Assembly (NCBI GenBank): GCA_041946805.1
Contig: JBHGBC010000034.1
Location: forward strand, 1 to 43,775
DNA from: a bacterium
Lineage (GTDB): Bacteria > Hinthialibacterota > Hinthialibacteria > Hinthialibacterales > Hinthialibacteraceae
Direction: 5' to 3'
Length of the DNA stretch: 43,775 nt
Shown here: in pieces, positions 36,630 through 43,775 of the stretch
Numbering within the stretch: position 1 is the stretch's first letter
Layout of the letters: the number at the start of each line of letters is the position of its first letter
Translations under genes and position numbers: made by a program
Notes under the pieces: model-generated
The model's database searches: none
What the model saw: only the letters and a program-made list of their open reading frames with translations
What the model was told of the DNA's origin: nothing

Positions 36630-36722
36630 CAGACGGCATGGTGGGGGAGGGAATCACACGAAAAAAACGGGAGCACGTAACCACGCGCCGCCGCAAAAAT
36701 CGTCAAGGGAACTGTTTGTATT

Positions 36723-39700
36723 TCATTCATCCATTTCCGGGCTGTCGATTGCCGGCAGTTCAATCGGTGGGATTACCGGTCCGGGAAGGGCGGCGGGATA
36801 GGCCGCCTTGCCGGAGGAGACGCCGGCGGTGAAGAACGTCCAAGTCTTCGAGAACGATCCTCCGCCGATGGTCGCCTCGATATGCGCCTCGTATTCCGTG
36901 CCCGCCGACAGCGGCTCAACCGCCGACATGGCGAAGATGTACGGGTAGGAAGCATCCGGCATGAAGGTCACCAGGCTCAGATTGCTCCCGCCCGCCGGTT
37001 TGAGATAGTACGAATGAATGCTGATGGACGCGCTGCGCGGCGAGAACAAAGTGACCGCATACCCCACCGGATAGGACGCGCCGGGATAGGGATTGGGAGA
37101 TTCGCCTCCCCCGAATGCGACCGGCACATCGGTTTGGTTTACGCCCGGATAAACCGTGATGGTAGCGTCCTGAGAGTTCAGCGCCCCGTAATTGATCGTA
37201 TAGTAGCGGTCTTCCTGACCGTATCCCATGAGGGTCAATCCGGCGTGCAGCACCGGATAGCGGTGGAATGGCCCGCTGACCTGGACATCGATGCTATCCG
37301 AGGCGCTTTCCGACAGATATTTCGAGCCAATGCCTTCCCAGACATTGCCCGTCGGGAATCCGAAATGCTGGGCGCGGTCCCAGGCCCGCGCGCCGGTGAA
37401 TCCCGGCAGGCTGGGATCCTCGGCGTGTGATACCAGCCGGTTCAAATACATATAATGGCTGTGAGCCTCGGAGGACTGAATCAAGGAGGAATTCAAGTCC
37501 ACCGGGGCGATAACGGCCTGGGCGCGGTGGTAGTTGACGCGGGCCAGGGCTTCTTCCGCCACCGAGGGGTACTCGATCTCGGGCGTGGGCGTGGGCGTCG
37601 GCGGTGTGGCGGGAGTCGGCGTGACGATCACATCCGGTCCTTCGAAAACCGAGAGGTTGTCCAGAGTGACGGTGGCGCTCCCGTCAGGTCCACCGGCGGA
37701 CAGAATGAAGGGATTGGCCGCGTTGATGTCTTTCAATATGTATTCATGGTCCCCCACGGCGGTATTCAGATAATAAAGACCGAAACAACTCTTGCTCGAC
37801 AGGGCCAGGATGTTGTGATCCGACGAGGCCTCGATAACGGTGTAGCGGATATAATAATTCTTCCCCTTGACATCCCCGTCCAGCGGTTGCTGCAACGTGC
37901 TCCAGCCGCTCTTGCCGCCATTGTACTGAGCCTGGCCGTTTTGGATTGACCACCCCGTGTCCAAGGTCCAATCCATGTCGGCATCGAATCCCCCGTTTTT
38001 GAGCAGTTCCACGAAACCCTGCTCGTTGGGAGTCATGGTGGGCGTGGGAGTCAGGGTTGGCGTCAACGTATTCGTCGGACTCGGCGTGGGCGTCTCCGTG
38101 GGCGTCAACGTCGGAGTCTTGCTCGGCGTGGGCGTCTTGGTGGCCGTCGGTGTCGATGTTTCCGTCGGGGTCCAGGTTGGAGTTTTCGTCGGCGTCGGCG
38201 TTTTCGTGCTGGTGGGCGTGTTCGACGGCTTGGGAGTAAAGGTGGCAGTCGGCGTCCGCGTGGGCGTGGGAACCGGCGTGGGCGTTTTCGTGCTGGTGGG
38301 CGTGTTCGACGGCTTCGGTGTGTCGGTGACGGCCGGTTCCGGTGTGGATTCCGGCTCCGGCGTGGCTGTCCACGTGGGAGCCGGTTCGGATGACGGGGTG
38401 GGAGTCGGCGTGGTCACCGGTTCTCCCGCGGGTTTCAATATCAGGTTATCCAACACCACTGTGCCGTGTCCGATATTGCCTCCCGCCGTGATGATGAACG
38501 GGGCGGCATCGTTGGCGACGGTCACTTCGACCTCGTGGATTCCCAGGGCCGAGTTCAAGTATAACAGGCCAAAATTGCCCTTACTGGAAAGCGCGAGAAT
38601 ATTGCTCTCGGCCGACGACTCGACCACCGTGTACCAGAAGGTATAAGTTTGCCCGCCGCGGTCATCCGGCAAATCCTGCTGCAGGGCGCTCCAGGCGCTG
38701 CTGGTTCCGGTGTACCGGGCGTTCCCGTCCATGATCATCCAGCCGGCGCCCTTGGTCCATTCGCTGTCCATCCGGAAATCGCCGTTCTTCAGTACACCCG
38801 TATCCATCGGCGTCGGAGTATCCACGGGTACGCTCGTCGCGGTGGGACTGGGCGGTAGTCCCGGCGTGGGAGTCGTCACCGGCGCCGTAGTCGCGGTGGG
38901 AACCGGGATGGGAGTCGCCGTGGGCTTGGCCCCCGCCGGCAGGAAAGAGATATCGTCAAGCACGATTTTCCCCGATCCGCTGGTCCCGCCCGCCGAGAGG
39001 ATGAGCGGCGCGGAGGGATTGGTGACTGTCACTTCAATTTCATGCCAGCCGACCGCGGAACTCAAGTACATGACGCCGCAATTCCCCCGGCTCGACAGGG
39101 CGAGAATCAGGCTCGGCATCGAGGCTTCGACCACCGTGTAGCCCAGTGTATACGCCTGTCCCTTCACATCGCCAATCAGGTCTTGTTCCAGATAACTCCA
39201 CGCGCCGCCGGTTCCGTCATACCGGGCCACGCCATCGGCGATCCTCCAGCCGGATTGCATGTTCCACACGCTGGAATCGTTGAAACCGCCGTTGCGCACG
39301 AGCTCCAATTCCGGTTCCGGAGTGGAAGTGGGCGCCGGAGTTTCCGTGGCCGTGGGAGTGAAGGTGGAAGTGGGGGTGGGAACCGGCGTCGCGGTCGGCT
39401 CGGGTTCCAGGGTAGGCGTGGAGGAAGGCGGAGGCGTTGGAGTCGCTGTCGGTGTGAAGGAGGGTGTAGGACTTGGTTCCACGACTGGAGATGAAACATA
39501 AAACGAAAGATCATCCACCAAGACGTCCATTCCCGCGGACTGGAGAACCAAATACGACGCCCCCTGATTGATCTTGCCGAACACCTCGACTTCCATCCAC
39601 GCGTCGGCGGGGATCCGGGAGCCGGGAACAAATGCGGCAAACTGGGTATCGGATCCGTTTGTGATCAAAAAAACGAAGGTGCTGTTGGGGTCCGCGGGGC

Positions 39701-40616
39701 TGATGCGCTTGATAAAAATCCCCCCGCGCGCCGAACCCATCTGTTCCTCGGTGATTTTGAGGGAGATAAACGCGTTGGACACCGCCCCCCCGGCGGGCAG
39801 CCACATGCAGCCGGTTCCCCCCGGCGAGTCATAATGATTGTCTCCATTGGTTTTGGGCCTTTGAGCGCCTGACAACAGGATGTCGAATCCCCACCCCGTC
39901 AGGGAAGAAAAACCGGGATCGATGGGGAGAGGCAATTCAATATCCCCGGGATAATCGGCTCCCACCGCGCGCGGAGTGGGGTTGAACAGGGCCGTATCCT
40001 GGACGCTCGTCACGGACAAGCGGGTGATCGTGACATGGGCGGTGGATTTCCCCCGGTTGAAAACCTGAATGGCGGGAAAAACCGAACCCGTGGCGCTGCG
40101 GAAAAAAAGCGTGTACGGAGAGATCCGCGCAGCCACCAGATTCGCTCCGGAAGGATTGTCATAAGCCACACAGGTATGGTTGACCTCACCATCGAACACG
40201 ATGCTCGCGAGGTTCACCTGGTCCGAATCGGTATAATACTCGAGCGTCAGATAGCCGCCGGATTCGACGGTCACCGGATTGGGATGAATCACCAACACCC
40301 CCTCATCCGGCTGAGCGGTCACCTCCACTCGGCCTTCCACGAAGGCCAGCGTGGCCGGCCGGCTCGAACCGACAGGCACTTGGAAAAAATTAGAGGGGAT
40401 CAGCTCAATGGATTGGGATTGATCGGCCGGAGTACCGGCGGCGGCGGGAATTGGATCGCCCGGCACGCCCAAGGCAAACACCCCCATCAGGCCGATTTCC
40501 AGGAGAATTACTTGCCATGGTAAGCAAAACAATGGGTTATAAAAAAAAAGAAACCCACGGGATGATAGACCGAATGCCGAATGGCCGAAGCGAGGTGAAT
40601 CCTTCATGGACGTCAT
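36723..40616 (-). CDS. Large modular surface protein: three CBM4/9-like repeats, Pro/Thr linkers, CAP domain, C-terminal Ig-like domain
   Basis: Three xxNGGF/NGDF...W repeats; PTPT linkers; [26 protein letters not shown] (CAP); start codon uncertain. Confidence 0.8.
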   Translation of the reverse strand: MTSMKDSPRFGHSAFGLSSRGFLFFYNPLFCLPWQVILLEIGLMGVFALGVPGDPIPAAAGTPADQSQSIELIPSNFFQVPVGSSRPATLAFVEGRVEVTAQPDEGVLVIHPNPVTVESGGYLTLEYYTDSDQVNLASIVFDGEVNHTCVAYDNPSGANLVAARISPYTLFFRSATGSVFPAIQVFNRGKSTAHVTITRLSVTSVQDTALFNPTPRAVGADYPGDIELPLPIDPGFSSLTGWGFDILLSGAQRPKTNGDNHYDSPGGTGCMWLPAGGAVSNAFISLKITEEQMGSARGGIFIKRISPADPNSTFVFLITNGSDTQFAAFVPGSRIPADAWMEVEVFGKINQGASYLVLQSAGMDVLVDDLSFYVSSPVVEPSPTPSFTPTATPTPPPSSTPTLEPEPTATPVPTPTSTFTPTATETPAPTSTPEPELELVRNGGFNDSSVWNMQSGWRIADGVARYDGTGGAWSYLEQDLIGDVKGQAYTLGYTVVEASMPSLILALSSRGNCGVMYLSSAVGWHEIEVTVTNPSAPLILSAGGTSGSGKIVLDDISFLPAGAKPTATPIPVPTATTAPVTTPTPGLPPSPTATSVPVDTPTPMDTGVLKNGDFRMDSEWTKGAGWMIMDGNARYTGTSSAWSALQQDLPDDRGGQTYTFWYTVVESSAESNILALSSKGNFGLLYLNSALGIHEVEVTVANDAAPFIITAGGNIGHGTVVLDNLILKPAGEPVTTPTPTPSSEPAPTWTATPEPESTPEPAVTDTPKPSNTPTSTKTPTPVPTPTRTPTATFTPKPSNTPTSTKTPTPTKTPTWTPTETSTPTATKTPTPSKTPTLTPTETPTPSPTNTLTPTLTPTPTMTPNEQGFVELLKNGGFDADMDWTLDTGWSIQNGQAQYNGGKSGWSTLQQPLDGDVKGKNYYIRYTVIEASSDHNILALSSKSCFGLYYLNTAVGDHEYILKDINAANPFILSAGGPDGSATVTLDNLSVFEGPDVIVTPTPATPPTPTPTPEIEYPSVAEEALARVNYHRAQAVIAPVDLNSSLIQSSEAHSHYMYLNRLVSHAEDPSLPGFTGARAWDRAQHFGFPTGNVWEGIGSKYLSESASDSIDVQVSGPFHRYPVLHAGLTLMGYGQEDRYYTINYGALNSQDATITVYPGVNQTDVPVAFGGGESPNPYPGASYPVGYAVTLFSPRSASISIHSYYLKPAGGSNLSLVTFMPDASYPYIFAMSAVEPLSAGTEYEAHIEATIGGGSFSKTWTFFTAGVSSGKAAYPAALPGPVIPPIELPAIDSPEMDE

Positions 40617-40717
40617 CCCACATTGATGATTATAAATCTATAAGATAAGACAATCCTGCTCAGTTATTTGTATCGGCCGGGGATGCTTTTTCCTGTAACC
40701 GCCCGCTCCCGCCGCCC

Positions 40718-41941
40718 CTAGCGCGTCAACGACAGGGCAAACACCAGGTTGGAATGCGGCGCATCGGGATGGAAAACGGCTTTGTCGTCCACCACGCAGG
40801 CCGGCTGGACCGTCACGTGGCGTTTTTCCAGCGCCCCGGTCATTTTGACATCCACGATCCGGACTCCCACGAACCGGACGATCTTGAAATACGCCGTGTC
40901 ACCAGTTCCGACTACCTCGCTGTGCAGGGGCAGGATACGCGCTTGCCCCTTGATGCTTTCCAACGCCGCCTTGATCGTGGCGCTGACTCCGGTATCCCCG
41001 TTCAGCCATTTGGACCATTTCCCGCTGACGTCCTGTTCCAACATCATGTTTCCGACCAGGGCCAGCTCATCCGTCCGGCACCCGGACCGGATCTGACGGT
41101 CCAGATCGTCGGCGCTGTTGTTTTCATACCCCACGTCCAGCGTGCCGAAATTGCCCGGGGCGTCGGGATATTTGCAGGAATCCGCCTTGTTGGGATAGAG
41201 ATGAATTTCAAAAACGCCATCGTTGCCACTCGTGACGGCCTTGGTACTCTCGTCGTAATTGAAGAGATCCCCCCCATTGGAAATGGGGCAAGGAGCATCC
41301 GCCGGCACGTAGGATTTGTCGTAGGCCGCGTCCCAAGCCTTTTCATACACCGTGAACGGCAGCATTCCCAGGACTTCACCCGGATTCATGTCGAATCCGA
41401 TGACCCGGTCATCCAGGGTCGCGGCCGACCGGGTTTGAACCGAAACCTCATCCATATTGGTGAAAAAACCCAGAAACATCTGCAGGGGCCCGTTGATTTC
41501 AGGCGTCCGCCGGGTCACGACCTGGACGGTGTTGAATTGACTCACCCCCGAAGTTTCCAGGGGGCTGCTGAGATCCAGGGGATTGTCGACATAGCCCACG
41601 ACCACGCCACCACCGGTTTCGTTGGCGTCGTTGCGGTCGAGTCCGATGCTTTCCTTGGCCGCGGTGTTGATGGACGAAAAGGTTTGTGAATAATCGCGCG
41701 CCGATGCAATATCGTCACTTTGGTTGGGCGCGCCCGTGAGGAAGTCCTCATCCGTCAGTTGCGCCGCCCCCGCCAGCGCCGCCGAATCGGCCGCCGCCTG
41801 CAACTCGCTTTTGGTGAGCATGATCCAGCCGATGTCCACACTCATGGCCAGAAAGCAAAAGAACAGCGTAAGGCTCACCGCGAACATCACCAACACGTTC
41901 CCTCTTTGCTTTTCCTGATGGTTTTTCATGGTTCTCATCAC
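40718..41941 (-). CDS. TadG-like Flp pilus assembly protein
   Basis: QRGNVLVMFAV, AMSVDIG, ELQAAADSAALAGA; PGNFGTLD in the C-terminal part. Confidence 0.82.
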   Translation of the reverse strand: MMRTMKNHQEKQRGNVLVMFAVSLTLFFCFLAMSVDIGWIMLTKSELQAAADSAALAGAAQLTDEDFLTGAPNQSDDIASARDYSQTFSSINTAAKESIGLDRNDANETGGGVVVGYVDNPLDLSSPLETSGVSQFNTVQVVTRRTPEINGPLQMFLGFFTNMDEVSVQTRSAATLDDRVIGFDMNPGEVLGMLPFTVYEKAWDAAYDKSYVPADAPCPISNGGDLFNYDESTKAVTSGNDGVFEIHLYPNKADSCKYPDAPGNFGTLDVGYENNSADDLDRQIRSGCRTDELALVGNMMLEQDVSGKWSKWLNGDTGVSATIKAALESIKGQARILPLHSEVVGTGDTAYFKIVRFVGVRIVDVKMTGALEKRHVTVQPACVVDDKAVFHPDAPHSNLVFALSLTR

Positions 41942-42292
41942 CCCTTCCGAGATCCCCTCAATCCCTTATAACATAAAAATGCAAAAAATCAAGTATAATT
42001 ACATTTTGTTACATTATATAATCATATACCAATTCGTTCCAAAAAAAAAGAGATTTTTTGGAAAGAAGCGAGAAACCACTCAGAGATACGGTGGAAGGAG
42101 AGGAGATGGTGATGGGTTGATTGTCTGAATCAGGATGGTCAGGATGTACAAGATAAACAGGATGTGATGGTTTCCGCACGAAACGCCAACTCATCCTACT
42201 TTTACAACTAGGTCTTAATGAAGGATTTCCCATAGACTCGTGAACCGTTACCGAATAATATTGCATCCCATCCATTCCACGGTGGAACCGGC

Positions 42293-43765
42293 ATGGAAAA
42301 CATCCCCGATATTCCTAGCGGAAAACCCCAACACCCTTTCGCGGAGTTTTTTCTTCATCCTGACACGTTGAAAAGAAAGAGGATACGATCATTTATCCTG
42401 GGCGCCGCCCTTGCGTTTGGGTTGCTCTCGTTGTTGATCCAACAACGCTGGATCTGGAAAACCGATTACAAAAAGGATTTCCTGGCGGTATACGTTCTGG
42501 CGCGGGCAGTGGCTTATGGAGAAGATATCTCCTTGACTGTCAACGATTTAGCGCGAAAACAGGGCATCGTGCTCCCCAGCACGGTTTTTGACCATGCCTC
42601 CCCCCATCCTCCCACCATGGGATTTCTGCTCATGCCGCTGGCGTGCTTCGGGTACCGGACCGCCAAGGCGATCTGGTTCGGCGTGGAGATAACATCCTTG
42701 ATTTTCTCGATTTACCTGATTTCGTCGATCTTCCGTAAACCTCTTGCCTGGAAATGGGTGTTGGGCATCGCCCTGGCCTTGCAGGCATGGTATCCCGTCA
42801 TCCTCGAACTCTCCAACGGCCAGGTGCATGGTTTTCTCTTGCTTTGCCTTTCGGGGACTTGGTATGCCGGCGGGCGGGGGCGTCCGGCGCTCGCGGGAGC
42901 GCTGTTCGGCTTGGGGCTGTTGATCAAGCCAATCGCCTGGCCGGTGGGCTTCGTCTTTCTGGCGCGCAAGGACTGGCGGGCGCTGGGGGCGGCGGCGCTT
43001 ACGGTGCTGGCCGGGTATGGCGTGGTGGCCTTGTGGATCGGGTGCGCCCCCCTTTACGCCTACCTGACCCAAGCCCTGCCGGCGGTTTCCAACCTGTACC
43101 AGAACCATCCGTTGAACCTCTCGCTGTGGACGATCGGCCACCGGCTCTTTCAGGGCACCCCGGCCGCCGATTTTGTGGGAGACCGGATCACCATCGTTCC
43201 ACTGGTGGTCTCTCCCTGGGTCGGCCGCATCGTCTCGGCGGGGATTCCCGCGCTGGTCCTCCTGATCTCATGGCGGGCACTGCGCCGGACACGGGACCTC
43301 GGCGGCCAGATCTCCTTGGCGGTCTGTCTGGGCGTGCTGCTCAATCCCTTTTCCTGGCCGCATTATTATATATTGGCCCTGCTGCCTCTGGCCCAGGCGG
43401 TCCACCAACTGGCCGGGGAGCGTTTCCCCAAGCGGGAAACCATTTACTTTCTAGTGATCGCCTTTCTCCTGGTCCCGACGCCGTTCGATTGGAAGAACCT
43501 GGCGTTTTTATTGTCCGGGATGCGCTATGATCCCGGGCAGGTCATGGTGATCCACGCCCTGCCCTCGCTGGTGATCCTGATCCCGGCGTTCGCGGTGGCA
43601 GGGTTGGGGTGCTGGTGGCTACGAGATCGCGGACTGCATGATGACCCTAATTCATCCGTTCCAGCCTCTCTTGCGCCTTGTCCAGGCGGCCCCGCTCGAT
43701 CAGGCCCCAGATGGGGTCCAGGGGCGGGAGGGGATGCCGCCGCAAAGCCTGGAGGCCGAACTTGA
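42293..43765 (+). CDS. Glycosyltransferase family 87 (DUF2029) membrane protein
   Basis: DFLAVY, SPHPPT, NGQV, LIKP, NLSL, PFSWPHYY; multi-TM. Confidence 0.85.
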   Translation: MENIPDIPSGKPQHPFAEFFLHPDTLKRKRIRSFILGAALAFGLLSLLIQQRWIWKTDYKKDFLAVYVLARAVAYGEDISLTVNDLARKQGIVLPSTVFDHASPHPPTMGFLLMPLACFGYRTAKAIWFGVEITSLIFSIYLISSIFRKPLAWKWVLGIALALQAWYPVILELSNGQVHGFLLLCLSGTWYAGGRGRPALAGALFGLGLLIKPIAWPVGFVFLARKDWRALGAAALTVLAGYGVVALWIGCAPLYAYLTQALPAVSNLYQNHPLNLSLWTIGHRLFQGTPAADFVGDRITIVPLVVSPWVGRIVSAGIPALVLLISWRALRRTRDLGGQISLAVCLGVLLNPFSWPHYYILALLPLAQAVHQLAGERFPKRETIYFLVIAFLLVPTPFDWKNLAFLLSGMRYDPGQVMVIHALPSLVILIPAFAVAGLGCWWLRDRGLHDDPNSSVPASLAPCPGGPARSGPRWGPGAGGDAAAKPGGRT

Positions 43766-43775
43766 GTTTGGGACC

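Noticed and set aside
43638..43775. Separate gene or frameshift in the Pro/Gly-rich tail of the GT87 ORF
   Set aside because: It cannot be evaluated at the window edge and has no recognisable motif

Overview
A GC-rich bacterial chromosomal window of housekeeping, regulatory and cell-envelope genes, with no intact transposase, phage gene, rRNA, tRNA or CRISPR array visible. Recognisable genes are cysS, proS, ribF, rex, mntP, an Rrf2 regulator, the nfeD-nfeD-floA microdomain operon, a deoxyhypusine-synthase-like enzyme, a CmcH/NodU carbamoyltransferase with an SxtJ-like partner, and an ECF sigma/anti-sigma pair. There are also three glycosyltransferase-like genes, two Gfo/Idh/MocA oxidoreductases, two paralogous prepilin-type proteins, a TadG-like protein and several large secreted proteins. 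The gene style suggests an uncultured lineage such as Hinthialibacterota/Sumerlaeota (inference only). Two unexplained signals stand out. (1) Two otherwise unrelated secreted proteins end in the same 11-residue motif P-x-T-x-[LV]-x-x-W-E-[LV]-Y-COOH, and each lies just upstream of an orphan pilin-like gene: a candidate undescribed C-terminal sorting/secretion system. (2) A ~210-bp MITE family (8 full or partial copies) has 22-bp terminal inverted repeats and 8-bp target duplications and carries two different REP-like hairpins; it sits among at least four other palindromic repeat families in the intergenic DNA. All calls come from reading motifs by eye; no database searches were run.
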